Shown here one piece after another: positions 51,926 to 60,883 of a DNA stretch of 64,000 nt (positions are counted from its first letter, which is position 1; every line of letters begins with the position of its first letter). Position numbers and translations under genes: made by a program. Under the pieces are notes generated by a model. That model was not told the DNA's origin, searched no databases, and saw only the letters and a program-made list of their open reading frames with translations. The DNA is taken from the UHGV virus genome UHGV-0038498; one strand, given 5' to 3'. The DNA comes from a virus.

Positions 51926-51929
51926 AATA
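51922..51929 (+). promoter_or_regulatory. late promoter (TATAAATA) for genes 26-25
   Basis: Exact TATAAATA on the + strand 22 nt upstream of the gene 26 ATG; overlaps the divergent gene 51 promoter by 4 bp. Confidence 0.6.
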
Positions 51930-51950
51930 TGATAAATAAAGGAGCTAAAT

Positions 51951-52577
51951 ATGTATGAATACAAATTTGACGTGAGAGTTGGTTCTAAAATAATCAACTG
52001 TCGCGCATTTACTCTTAAAGAATATCTAGAACTTATTACTACTAAAAAGAACGGTTCAGTAGAAGAGATCGTTAAAAAGCTAATCAAAGACTGTACAAAT
52101 GCAAAAGATTTAAACCGTCAAGAATCAGAACTACTGCTGATTCATTTATGGGCACATTCTCTTGGAGAAGTTAATCACGAAAACTCCTGGAAGTGCATCT
52201 GTGGAACTGAAATACCAACCCATATAAATCTATTACATACACAAATAGATGCACCAGAAGACCTCTGGTATACACTGGGTGACATTAAAATTAAGTTCCA
52301 TTACCCTAAAATTTTTGATGATAAAAATATAGCCCACATGATAGTATCATGTATAGAAACGATTCATGCTAACGGTGAAAGCATTCCAGTTGAAGACTTA
52401 AATGAAAAAGAATTGGAAGATTTATATTCTATCATCACAGAGTCAGATATTGTAGCTATAAAAGATATGCTTTTAAAGCCTACTGTTTATTTGGCTGTTC
52501 CAATTAAGTGTCCAGAGTGTGGAAAAACTCACGCTCATGTAATAAGAGGACTCAAAGAATTCTTTGAGCTATTGTAA
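51951..52577 (+). CDS. 26: baseplate hub subunit gp26
   Basis: 208-aa ORF (same length as T4 gp26). Confidence 0.85.
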   Translation: MYEYKFDVRVGSKIINCRAFTLKEYLELITTKKNGSVEEIVKKLIKDCTNAKDLNRQESELLLIHLWAHSLGEVNHENSWKCICGTEIPTHINLLHTQIDAPEDLWYTLGDIKIKFHYPKIFDDKNIAHMIVSCIETIHANGESIPVEDLNEKELEDLYSIITESDIVAIKDMLLKPTVYLAVPIKCPECGKTHAHVIRGLKEFFELL

Positions 52578-52975
52578 TGGCAAATATTAATAAGCTTTAT
52601 TCTGACATTGACCCAGAAATGAAAATGGATTGGGACAAAGACGTTTCCAGATCTCTTGGATTAAGGTCAATTAAAAATAGCCTTTTAGGAATTATTACAA
52701 CCAGGAAAGGGTCAAGGCCATTTGACCCGGAATTTGGATGTGATTTATCTGACCAGCTTTTTGAGAATATGACTCCTCTTACTGCTGATACTGTTGAGCG
52801 TAACATTGAAAGCGCAGTAAGAAACTACGAGCCTCGTATTGATAAATTAGCAGTTAATGTAATACCAGTTTATGATGATTATACTCTGATAGTAGAAATA
52901 CGCTTTTCAGTCATCGATAACCCTGATGATATTGAGCAGATAAAACTGCAACTGGCTTCCAGTAACAGAGTATAA
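52577..52975 (+). CDS. 25: baseplate wedge / sheath-initiator protein gp25
   Basis: 132-aa [32 protein letters not shown]... matching T4 gp25. Confidence 0.9.
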   Translation: MANINKLYSDIDPEMKMDWDKDVSRSLGLRSIKNSLLGIITTRKGSRPFDPEFGCDLSDQLFENMTPLTADTVERNIESAVRNYEPRIDKLAVNVIPVYDDYTLIVEIRFSVIDNPDDIEQIKLQLASSNRV

Positions 52976-53001
52976 TGCTTCACGTATAAACGTGGTATAA
53001 T
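52973..53001 (+). promoter_or_regulatory. candidate MotA-dependent middle promoter for uvsY
   Basis: MotA-box-like ATAATGCTTCA (TGCTT 52976-52980) and TATAAT at 52996-53001, 15 nt apart. Confidence 0.45.
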
Positions 53002-53041
53002 GAATCTAAGTCCATCCAATAACAATTGAATAGAGAACAAT

Positions 53042-53455
53042 ATGAAATTAGAAGATCTTCAAGAAGAATTGAAGAAAGATGTGTTTATAGATTCGACTAA
53101 ATTACAGTATGAAGCAGCTAATAATGTGATGTTATATAGTAAATGGCTTAATAAGCATTCAAGTATTAAAAAGGAAATGCTTAGAATTGAAGCACAGAAA
53201 AAAGTTGCTCTTAAAGCTAGATTAGACTACTACTCGGGACGAGGAGATGGTGATGAATTTAGTATGGACCGTTATGAGAAATCAGAAATGAAGACAGTTC
53301 TATCAGCTGATAAGGATGTTTTAAAAGTTGATACTTCATTGCAATATTGGGGAATTTTATTGGATTTCTGTAGCGGAGCTCTTGATGCTATTAAATCACG
53401 CGGATTTGCTATTAAGCATATTCAAGACATGCGAGCATTTGAGGCTGGAAAATAA
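53042..53455 (+). CDS. uvsY: recombination mediator UvsY
   Basis: 137-aa ORF MKLEDLQEELKKDVFIDSTKLQYEAANNVMLYSKWL... matching T4 UvsY. Confidence 0.9.
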   Translation: MKLEDLQEELKKDVFIDSTKLQYEAANNVMLYSKWLNKHSSIKKEMLRIEAQKKVALKARLDYYSGRGDGDEFSMDRYEKSEMKTVLSADKDVLKVDTSLQYWGILLDFCSGALDAIKSRGFAIKHIQDMRAFEAGK

Positions 53456-53679
53456 TGAAATATAGCATTGATGATGCTTTTAATTATGAAGAAGAATTCG
53501 AAACGGAAATTCAATTCTTAATGAAAAAGTATAATCTCAAGCGTCAGGATATTCGTATCCTGGCCGACCACCCATGCGGTGAAGATGTACTTTATGTTAA
53601 AGGAAAATTTGCCGGATATCTCGATGAATATTTTTATTCTAAAGATATGGGCATTGATATGCATATGAGAGTTATATAA
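53455..53679 (+). CDS. hypothetical protein (uvsY.-1-like)
   Basis: 74-aa ORF; ATGA overlap with uvsY stop. Confidence 0.55.
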   Translation: MKYSIDDAFNYEEEFETEIQFLMKKYNLKRQDIRILADHPCGEDVLYVKGKFAGYLDEYFYSKDMGIDMHMRVI

Positions 53680-53682
53680 ATA
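53675..53682 (+). promoter_or_regulatory. late promoter (TATAAATA)
   Basis: Exact TATAAATA overlapping the upstream stop, 26 nt before the next ATG. Confidence 0.5.
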
Positions 53683-53707
53683 GATATATAATTTAGAGGA
53701 GACAATC

Positions 53708-53875
53708 ATGTCAGATAAGATTTGCGTTGTCTGTAAAACTCCAATCGATTCTGCATTGGTTGTTGAAACAGACAAAGGTCCTGTGCATCCTGGGCCTTGT
53801 TATAATTACATTAAAGAACTACCAGTTTCAGAAAGTTCGGAAGAACAATTAAATGAAACACAACTTTTGCTATAG
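53708..53875 (+). CDS. small Cys-containing protein (uvsY.-2-like, possible zinc ribbon)
   Basis: 55-aa ORF below the track cutoff, MSDKICVVCKTPIDS...PGPCYNY, with GAGGAG RBS. Confidence 0.45.
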   Translation: MSDKICVVCKTPIDSALVVETDKGPVHPGPCYNYIKELPVSESSEEQLNETQLLL

Positions 53876-53898
53876 TGTGACCTTTAGTCTATAGTTTT

Positions 53899-53927
53899 GG
53901 CCCTTCCTTTTTGGTTGGGCCTTTTTT
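53899..53927 (+). terminator. weak rho-independent terminator
   Basis: GGCCC...GGGCC 5-bp GC stem with 13-nt loop followed by TTTTTT. Confidence 0.4.
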
Positions 53928-53930
53928 AAT

Positions 53931-54161
53931 TTAAAAGCTTTCTTCTACTTCATCGTCTGAATCTTCTAATTCAGCTCTTTTTCCTGCCAAAGCATCTCTC
54001 ACAGAGATGTCATCAGTATCTTTTAATTCAGTTTCTTTAACTCTTTTCTTGTAATAAGCTTCAAGTTCTTCTAGACCTTCTATCGTTTGACAAGAGGCAA
54101 TTTTACCCATAAATTCATCAATAGAAGCTTCATAAAGAAATTGTTTAAATTCTAGTAACAT
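53931..54161 (-). CDS. uvsW.1: UvsW.1
   Basis: 76 aa from MLLEFKQFLYEASIDEFMGKIASCQTIEGLEE...; track start 54173 is TTG, ATG at 54161 follows GGAG RBS. Confidence 0.75.
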   Translation of the reverse strand: MLLEFKQFLYEASIDEFMGKIASCQTIEGLEELEAYYKKRVKETELKDTDDISVRDALAGKRAELEDSDDEVEESF

Positions 54162-54172
54162 CTTTTTCTCCA

Positions 54173-54188
54173 AAGGGCCGAAGCCCTT
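54173..54188 (-). other. intercistronic RNA hairpin between uvsW and uvsW.1
   Basis: AAGGGC-uucg-GCCCUU on the - strand transcript, overlapping the uvsW stop. Confidence 0.4.
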
Positions 54189-55695
54189 ATAAATTAACTG
54201 TTTTCATTACGTAATTAAATTTTTCATCTGCGTAGCGCTGAATACGATCAATGCCGTGTTTTAAAAGATAGTTCAAATGAACATATTTCTTTTTCGTATT
54301 AGCAGATTTTGGCTTAACACCACAATCATCGATGAGATCCCAGACTGTTGCGATTGTTTTAGAACCATGCTTACGTAATACGCGACCTATTGTTTGCAAT
54401 ACGATAATTTTAGATTTAACACCGTGTGCTAAAACAACGTGATGCAGATTTTTAACTGAAATACCAGTAGAAAATACACCATAACTAGCTACTATAATTA
54501 TTCCTTTACCGTTTTCAGCTAAGGTTTTCATTACGTTGCGGGTTTCGGTATCAACTTCTCCTGATACGTAATAAACTTTATCGTATTCATTTTTAATTAA
54601 ATCGAAAATAGCTTTACCGTGCGATACATGTTTAAACATGACAAAAGCGTTTTCATCTTTTTGCGCAAGCTTAATAGCTAATTTAGCGATCCATTTATTT
54701 CTTTTACTGAGTCCAGTAATAATTTTTATTTCTTCTTGGTAAGTTTTTCCCTTTAATTTAGTAGTGAACTCATCGGGATAGCGAAGAAAAATACTATTAA
54801 TTTTTAACTCAGTTACTTGTCCATCTTCCATTAATTTAGAAGTCGTTACTGGCTTAAATATTTCACCAAACATTCCAACATACTGCATGATATTAGCTTT
54901 GCCATCACGTAATGAACCAGATAAACCGAATTTGAACATGCAGTTATTTAAACCTGATATGATAGATGAAATACTTTTTCCTGTAGCAAGATGGCATTCA
55001 TCATTCATCATCATTCCAAACTGTGAGAACCATTCTTTTGGCTGTTTTACTACAGTTTGCCATGTACCAACAACGACTGGTGCATCATTTTTATATTTAT
55101 CATCTTTTGATGCTCCACCGCCGATTTTCTTTATCATTGCATGGCTGAATAAACGATAGTCAACAAAGTCATCAGCCATCTGAGTTGTCAGAGCAGTTGT
55201 TGGAACAATGATAAGAATTTTACCTTCATAATTTTCCAAATAATACCGAGCGAGCAAAGCTTGAATTAAAGATTTACCTGCGGATGTTGGAAGATTAAGA
55301 ATTCTACGACGATTAACTAATCCTTCGAACACTGCATCTTTTTGATACCAATGCGGTTCAATTCTTTTATTTCCTGAATAGATTTCTAATTTAGAAAGCC
55401 ATTCATCAAAATCTTTTCTTGATAATTCTTCTTTTTCGTTAATCTGTGGGTCAATCCAGGCTTTATAGCCAAAGTTATCGCAGAACTTTTTAATTTGCCC
55501 GACTAAACCAAACGGAAGAAGGCGATTATAATCTAATAGACGGATTCGTCCATCCCAGTTGCCATATCTGAAGCGAGGATTAAACCTATATCCATCGGCC
55601 TCAAACGAAAAGAAATCTCTTAATTCGTGGAACGTGCTCTCTTCACAATCGATGCGTACATGACTGAAGTCGTGAAAATGTACTTTAATATCCAT
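54187..55695 (-). CDS. uvsW: SF2 DNA helicase UvsW
   Basis: 502-aa ORF with Walker A NLPTSAGKS and DECH box (MMNDECHLATG); matches T4 UvsW. Confidence 0.9.
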   Translation of the reverse strand: MDIKVHFHDFSHVRIDCEESTFHELRDFFSFEADGYRFNPRFRYGNWDGRIRLLDYNRLLPFGLVGQIKKFCDNFGYKAWIDPQINEKEELSRKDFDEWLSKLEIYSGNKRIEPHWYQKDAVFEGLVNRRRILNLPTSAGKSLIQALLARYYLENYEGKILIIVPTTALTTQMADDFVDYRLFSHAMIKKIGGGASKDDKYKNDAPVVVGTWQTVVKQPKEWFSQFGMMMNDECHLATGKSISSIISGLNNCMFKFGLSGSLRDGKANIMQYVGMFGEIFKPVTTSKLMEDGQVTELKINSIFLRYPDEFTTKLKGKTYQEEIKIITGLSKRNKWIAKLAIKLAQKDENAFVMFKHVSHGKAIFDLIKNEYDKVYYVSGEVDTETRNVMKTLAENGKGIIIVASYGVFSTGISVKNLHHVVLAHGVKSKIIVLQTIGRVLRKHGSKTIATVWDLIDDCGVKPKSANTKKKYVHLNYLLKHGIDRIQRYADEKFNYVMKTVNL

Positions 55696-55697
55696 AA

Positions 55698-56315
55698 TTA
55701 TGCCTTACTAAATTTGCCTTTAGAGTCTCTTTTCATGAGACGACCTTTAATAAATCCGTCGGGAATAATACCGTCTGGTTGTATTAATTTATTTATTACG
55801 CCATTATTGACCCAAAAAGTTCCTGTAGTAGTCGGTTTAACTTTACATCCTTTTCTAGACTTTCTATTAGGATGAACCATTCCTTTTACAAATCCTTCTG
55901 GAATAAGTTCTCCAGGTTTAATAAAAATATTTTTAGTTCCATTAGTGTAACAAGTTGTACCTAATACCGTGCCCGGTGAGTTTTCAAATCTCTTAGCGGA
56001 AGATTCTTTCATCTTTGCTATAACCTCTGTAGTCATAACAATTCCACCAATTCCACCAGGTTTCATATTATAATAATTTTTGCTTTTTATTAGTTCAGGA
56101 GTTATAATTTCTTCTTCATACATGTACGCTTCTTCTGAAGTTTTAAACTCTTTTAGTATTTTTCTAGAGAAATTGTTTTCACCATATTTCTTTATAGCCT
56201 GCTGAATTGCCTTACCGGAACCAAGGTAGCCATCATTCAAGTCGTCAGTAGAGTGCTTTCCTATATACTTTTTACCATTTATTAGATTTGTTGTTTCATA
56301 TACAAAGTGGTACAT
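55698..56315 (-). CDS. segE: GIY-YIG homing endonuclease (SegE-like)
   Basis: 205-aa ORF with N-terminal GIY-YIG module (MYHFVYETTNLINGKKYIGKHS...) and C-terminal repeated IPxGFxKG motifs; between uvsW and inh, the T4 segE locus. Confidence 0.7.
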   Translation of the reverse strand: MYHFVYETTNLINGKKYIGKHSTDDLNDGYLGSGKAIQQAIKKYGENNFSRKILKEFKTSEEAYMYEEEIITPELIKSKNYYNMKPGGIGGIVMTTEVIAKMKESSAKRFENSPGTVLGTTCYTNGTKNIFIKPGELIPEGFVKGMVHPNRKSRKGCKVKPTTTGTFWVNNGVINKLIQPDGIIPDGFIKGRLMKRDSKGKFSKA

Positions 56316-56343
56316 ACTATTTTCCGAGTAATAAATATATCTA

Positions 56344-56351
56344 TATTTATA
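56344..56351 (-). promoter_or_regulatory. late promoter (TATAAATA) upstream of the seg-like gene
   Basis: Exact TATAAATA on the - strand 29-36 nt upstream of the endonuclease ATG. Confidence 0.5.
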
Positions 56352-56364
56352 CTGAGGAAATATT

Positions 56365-57045
56365 ATGATAGATAAAGATTATATTGCAGAGCTGAAGGCT
56401 CTTGATGATAATAAAGAAGCTAAAGCTAAATTAGCTGAATATGCTGAACAGTTTGGTATAAAGGTCAAAAAGAATAAATCTTTTGATAATATCGTTAATG
56501 ATATTGAAGAAGCCCTCCAGAAGCTCGCTAGTGAACCTATGCCAGAGACTGATGGGTTATCTATTAAAGACTTAATTAATGCTGCTGATGCTGCAGAGGG
56601 ATTAAAATATGACGATGAAGAAGTCAATCCAGAAGCAGCACTTCTGATTGATTCTCCGGTTAAATCTGATATTAAAATTGAAGTAGTCGAAACGGATAAA
56701 ATTCCTGAAAATACCGATGTTTTAATTGAAGATACTCCTTTTGTTGAAGAAAAATTCGAACAGGCTGTAACTGAGATTATTGAATCTGAAAAGCCGTCTG
56801 TATTTACTCTTCCGGAAAACTTTAGTCCGAATCTTCAGTTGATTGGAAAAAATCCAGGATTCTGCACTGTTCCTTGGTGGATTTATCAATGGATTGCTGA
56901 AACCCCAGATTGGAAATCTCACCCAACTAGTTTTGAACACGCGTCGGCACACCAAACTTTGTTTAGCTTAATTTATTACATTAATCGCGACGGATCAGTT
57001 CTAATTCGTGAAACACGTAATTCTTCTTTCGTAACATTAAAATAA
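56365..57045 (+). CDS. inh: inhibitor of prohead protease (Inh)
   Basis: 226-aa ORF MIDKDYIAELKALDDNKEAKAKLAEYAEQFGIK... matching T4 Inh as recalled. Confidence 0.75.
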   Translation: MIDKDYIAELKALDDNKEAKAKLAEYAEQFGIKVKKNKSFDNIVNDIEEALQKLASEPMPETDGLSIKDLINAADAAEGLKYDDEEVNPEAALLIDSPVKSDIKIEVVETDKIPENTDVLIEDTPFVEEKFEQAVTEIIESEKPSVFTLPENFSPNLQLIGKNPGFCTVPWWIYQWIAETPDWKSHPTSFEHASAHQTLFSLIYYINRDGSVLIRETRNSSFVTLK

Positions 57046-57054
57046 GGATAACTT

Positions 57055-57903
57055 ATGGCTTTTACAGTTGATATAACTCCTAAAACACCTACTGGAGTTA
57101 TAGATCAGACTCAGCAGTTTACTGCTACACCCAGTGGTCAAACTGGAGATGGACCTATTACATATGCCTGGACTGTAGACGACGCTCCACAGGAAGAAAC
57201 GTCAGCAACTTTTAGTTATGTACTAAAAGGACCTGCCGGTCAAAAAACTATTAAAGTAGTTGCAACAAACCCAGTTCCAGAAGCTGAAGCTGAAACAGCT
57301 ACAGTTACTACAACTATTACAGTTCAAAATAAGACACAGACGACTACATTAGCCGTAACTCCTGCTACTCCTCCGGAAGGAGTAATCGGAACAGCCGTTG
57401 AATTTACCGCTGCCTTAGCTTCACAGCCACCAAGTGCATCTGCTACATATCAATGGTACGTTGACGGTTCTCCTGTTAGTGAAGCAACTTCTGCTACATT
57501 CAATTACACTCCTTCGACAAGCGGAGTTAAAACAATTAAGTGTGTAGCTCAAGTAACTGCGGCAGATTATGATAGCAAAACTATCACAGCAGAAGGTCAA
57601 GTTCAGGTAACTGATAAAGTTGCTCCAGAACCAGAAGGTGAATTGCCTTATGTTCATCCTCTTCCACATCGTACTTCAGCTTATATCTGGTGCGGTTGGT
57701 GGGTTATGGATGAAATCCAAAAAATGACTGAAGAAGGTAAAGATTGGAAAACTGACGACCCAGATAGTAAGTACTACTTGCATCGTTACACTCTTCAGAA
57801 GATGATGAAAGACTATCCAGAAGTTGATGTTCAAGAATCACGTAATGGATACATCATTCATAAAACTGCTTTAGAAACTGGTATCATCTATACCTATCCA
57901 TAA
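57055..57903 (+). CDS. hoc: outer capsid decoration protein Hoc (short, two Ig-like repeats)
   Basis: 282-aa ORF; two ~90-aa Thr/Ser-rich Ig-like repeats (ITYAWTVDDAPQEETSATFSYV / ATYQWYVDGSPVSEATSATFNYT) plus conserved C-terminal capsid-binding region. Confidence 0.75.
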   Translation: MAFTVDITPKTPTGVIDQTQQFTATPSGQTGDGPITYAWTVDDAPQEETSATFSYVLKGPAGQKTIKVVATNPVPEAEAETATVTTTITVQNKTQTTTLAVTPATPPEGVIGTAVEFTAALASQPPSASATYQWYVDGSPVSEATSATFNYTPSTSGVKTIKCVAQVTAADYDSKTITAEGQVQVTDKVAPEPEGELPYVHPLPHRTSAYIWCGWWVMDEIQKMTEEGKDWKTDDPDSKYYLHRYTLQKMMKDYPEVDVQESRNGYIIHKTALETGIIYTYP

Positions 57904-57907
57904 TCAT

Positions 57908-57930
57908 AAGGGGCTTCGGCCCCTTTCTTC
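57908..57930 (+). terminator. rho-independent terminator after hoc
   Basis: AAGGGGC-ttcg-GCCCCTT hairpin followed by T-rich tract. Confidence 0.6.
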
Positions 57931-57992
57931 ATTTTGAAAGCACACAAAACACAATCAGAAAATGATGTATATAATGGCACCAACTCGATAAC

Positions 57993-58208
57993 ATGAGATT
58001 GATTATGAGAACTGAGGTTGTGGTGTTTACTCTTCATGAGTCTGGAAAGTCATTCATTGAAATTGCTCGTGAATTGAACTTACAGGCAAAGGAAGTGGCT
58101 GTATTATGGGCTCGAGCTATGACTGCTAAGAATAAATTTGAAACTCGAGAAAAAGTTGTCTATAGAAAAAGACATATTAATAAAAAGGTGAAAAATGGAA
58201 CAGTATGA
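57993..58208 (+). CDS. hypothetical protein (24.3-like position)
   Basis: 71-aa ORF. Confidence 0.5.
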   Translation: MRLIMRTEVVVFTLHESGKSFIEIARELNLQAKEVAVLWARAMTAKNKFETREKVVYRKRHINKKVKNGTV

Positions 58209-58473
58209 TCTTTATGAAAATGAATCTTTTGCTAATCGATTACGCGAAAAAGCACTTAAAAGTAAACAGTTTAAGCTAGAGTGTTTTATTAAAGATTTTT
58301 CGGAACTTGCTAATAAAGCAGCTGAACAAGGTAAAACATATTTTAGTTATTATTGTACTGCTCGCGATAAATTGATTACTGAAGAAATTGGTGATTGGCT
58401 GAGAAAAGAAGGATTTAGCTTTAAAGTCAATAGTGATCAGCGTGATGGTGATTGGTTAGAAATTACATTTTGA
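58195..58473 (+). CDS. hypothetical protein (24.2-like position)
   Basis: 92-aa ORF overlapping the upstream ORF. Confidence 0.5.
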   Translation: MEQYDLYENESFANRLREKALKSKQFKLECFIKDFSELANKAAEQGKTYFSYYCTARDKLITEEIGDWLRKEGFSFKVNSDQRDGDWLEITF

Positions 58474-58482
58474 GGATTAATT

Positions 58483-59487
58483 ATGTTTAAAAAGTATAGC
58501 AGTCTTGAAAATCATTACAATTCTAAATTCATTGAAAAACTTTACAGTTTAGGATTGACTGGCGGCGAATGGGTAGCTCGTGAAAAGATTCATGGTACAA
58601 ACTTTTCATTGATTATTGAGCGTGATAAAGTAATTTGTGCTAAACGTACTGGTCCTATTCTTCCTGCTGAAGATTTCTTTGGGTATGAAATTATTTTGAA
58701 GAATTACGCTGATTCCATTAAAGCAGTACAAGATATTATGGAAACTTCAGCGGTTGTATCTTATCAAGTCTTTGGCGAATTCGCTGGACCTGGCATTCAG
58801 AAGAATGTCGATTATGGCGATAAAGATTTTTATGTATTTGACATTATTGTTACTACAGAAAGTGGTGATGTGACTTATGTCGATGATTATATGATGGAAT
58901 CATTCTGCAATACATTTAAATTTAAAATGGCTCCACTTTTAGGTCGCGGTAAATTTGAAGAGCTTATTAAATTGCCAAATGATTTAGATTCTGTCGTCCA
59001 AGATTATAATTTTACAGTAGACCATGCTGGATTAGTTGATGCAAATAAATGCGTTTGGAATGCTGAAGCAAAAGGCGAAGTATTTACCGCTGAAGGATAT
59101 GTATTGAAACCTTGTTATCCTTCTTGGATGCCTAATGGCAATCGCGTAGCTATCAAATGCAAGAACTCTAAATTTAGTGAAAAGAAAAAGTCTGATAAGC
59201 CTATTAAAGCTAAAGTTGAACTGTCAGAAGCTGATAACAAATTGGTTGGAATTTTAGCTTGCTACGTTACACTGAACCGAGTAAATAACGTTATTTCTAA
59301 AATTGGCGAAATTGGTCCAAAAGATTTTGGAAAGGTGATGGGACTAACTGTTCAAGATATTTTGGAAGAAACTTCTCGTGAAGGTATTACTTTAGCTCAA
59401 GCGGATAATCCTTCTTTGATTAAGAAGGAATTAGTTAAAATGGTACAAGATGTACTTCGTCCGGCTTGGATTGAATTGGTAAGTTAA
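58483..59487 (+). CDS. rnlB: RNA ligase 2
   Basis: 334-aa ORF with adenylation motif KIHGTN; matches T4 Rnl2. Confidence 0.9.
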   Translation: MFKKYSSLENHYNSKFIEKLYSLGLTGGEWVAREKIHGTNFSLIIERDKVICAKRTGPILPAEDFFGYEIILKNYADSIKAVQDIMETSAVVSYQVFGEFAGPGIQKNVDYGDKDFYVFDIIVTTESGDVTYVDDYMMESFCNTFKFKMAPLLGRGKFEELIKLPNDLDSVVQDYNFTVDHAGLVDANKCVWNAEAKGEVFTAEGYVLKPCYPSWMPNGNRVAIKCKNSKFSEKKKSDKPIKAKVELSEADNKLVGILACYVTLNRVNNVISKIGEIGPKDFGKVMGLTVQDILEETSREGITLAQADNPSLIKKELVKMVQDVLRPAWIELVS

Positions 59488-59491
59488 ATAA

Positions 59492-59513
59492 AAAGGGACC
59501 TTTCGGTCCCTTT
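59492..59513. terminator. bidirectional terminator between rnlB and gene 24
   Basis: AAAGGGACC-tttc-GGTCCCTTT palindrome flanked by A-run and T-run. Confidence 0.65.
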
Positions 59514-59516
59514 GTT

Positions 59517-60800
59517 TTATTCATCAACGATAATTTTTGGTAGCTTAACACCTAATAAAACAGACAAATCTGAACGACCCGCCATTTTATCCATGTCTCC
59601 ACCATCAATTACTCTTGCTTCTTTTTCATCTTTTGCTACAGTGTAAGGATTTGCAGATAAAGCATATCTAACTAATAAACCGATAGATGGCTGCAAACTT
59701 TCTGGATCAACTACAACTTTAAATGCACCTACATGTTCAGGGTCATCTAAGTCAAGACCTTCTGTATACGGAGCATAGAAAATTGACCCAACAATTTCTT
59801 TTTCACCAATATTTTCTACTACGCCAACGATTACATAATCTAATGGGCTGTTGGTATCGCAATAAAGCGGTAAACCATTAGCTAAGAACCCATAGGCATT
59901 TTGTGAAAGATATTTATCATCTTCTGGTTTATGTTTTAACCAACCTGATGCAGCAAGAATCGCAGCAGCACGAGCTGAAGCAACACAGAACGTTGCAGTA
60001 TAAGTTGATTCTTTTTGGATATGCGAAACCATTTCACATACCATTCGGTATAATGAACGACCAGCTTCAGGTGCAGATGCATAACTCAAATCAATGAATC
60101 CAGTATCAGTAATTCCTGTAACTTTATAGCGTTTTGATACTGTAATCAAAGACTGCAGAATATCTTTATTGATTTCATCCGCCATTTCAGTTGCAAGCAA
60201 ATCTTCCAAGAAATTAGGAGCATCGAATCCGTTTGCTTCTAAATCTTGTGCTAATTCAACTGTGATGCCAGTTTTAAGTTTACGAGATTTAACTGCGGTT
60301 TGCCATTTATTAATCTGGAATCTAGCATCCGCAATTTCACTATCAGAGCTTTCAAATTTGCTTGTTACTGCAGCATCAGAAAATAGACGAACCTTTAAAA
60401 GAACGATTGCAATCTGAAGAGCTAATTCTAAATCGCTTTCTTCAATATCAGCAAATGGTGTATCTTCTAATACTTTATAAACGATATTATTATATTTGAA
60501 TAAATCGCCTTTATTGAGAGTTAATTTAGACTCTTCTGTTAATTCTGTGATTTGTTCTCGGTCTACGTATCCAGCTTCGCCAGCGTAAGTAGCACCAGTT
60601 TTAAATGTAAATTCGTTATCTGGGTTAAGGTATTTGATACCGTAAAAAGCAGCAACAGGTTGATTAGTTCTTTGCGTTGCTACAATGTCAGAATATATTA
60701 ATTTAGTGGTAGCGCGAGTCAAAGCAACGAGATTTGGGCGACCGATTGAGTTGCTATTCGTTGTGGTTGATTCGCGCAGAAGTTCGTTGATTTTAGCCAT
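59517..60800 (-). CDS. 24: capsid vertex protein gp24
   Basis: 427-aa ORF (same length as T4 gp24); sequence related to gp23. Confidence 0.9.
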   Translation of the reverse strand: MAKINELLRESTTTNSNSIGRPNLVALTRATTKLIYSDIVATQRTNQPVAAFYGIKYLNPDNEFTFKTGATYAGEAGYVDREQITELTEESKLTLNKGDLFKYNNIVYKVLEDTPFADIEESDLELALQIAIVLLKVRLFSDAAVTSKFESSDSEIADARFQINKWQTAVKSRKLKTGITVELAQDLEANGFDAPNFLEDLLATEMADEINKDILQSLITVSKRYKVTGITDTGFIDLSYASAPEAGRSLYRMVCEMVSHIQKESTYTATFCVASARAAAILAASGWLKHKPEDDKYLSQNAYGFLANGLPLYCDTNSPLDYVIVGVVENIGEKEIVGSIFYAPYTEGLDLDDPEHVGAFKVVVDPESLQPSIGLLVRYALSANPYTVAKDEKEARVIDGGDMDKMAGRSDLSVLLGVKLPKIIVDE

Positions 60801-60827
60801 TGCGCTTTCCTTTTGGTTTATATGATT

Positions 60828-60835
60828 TATTTATA
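60828..60835 (-). promoter_or_regulatory. late promoter (TATAAATA) for gene 24
   Basis: Exact TATAAATA on the - strand 28-35 nt upstream of the gene 24 ATG. Confidence 0.65.
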
Positions 60836-60850
60836 CCATAAAAACAACTA

Positions 60851-60870
60851 AAGGGACCCGAAGGTCCCTT
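60851..60870 (-). terminator. terminator hairpin downstream of gene 23
   Basis: AAGGGACC-uucg-GGUCCCUU perfect hairpin between gene 23 stop and the gene 24 promoter. Confidence 0.6.
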
Positions 60871-60883
60871 AAATCGTCAAAGA

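Noticed and set aside
56331-56340. Possible + strand late promoter for inh (ATAAATAT)
   Set aside because: Not an exact TATAAATA; the clear match at this site is on the - strand for the seg-like gene.
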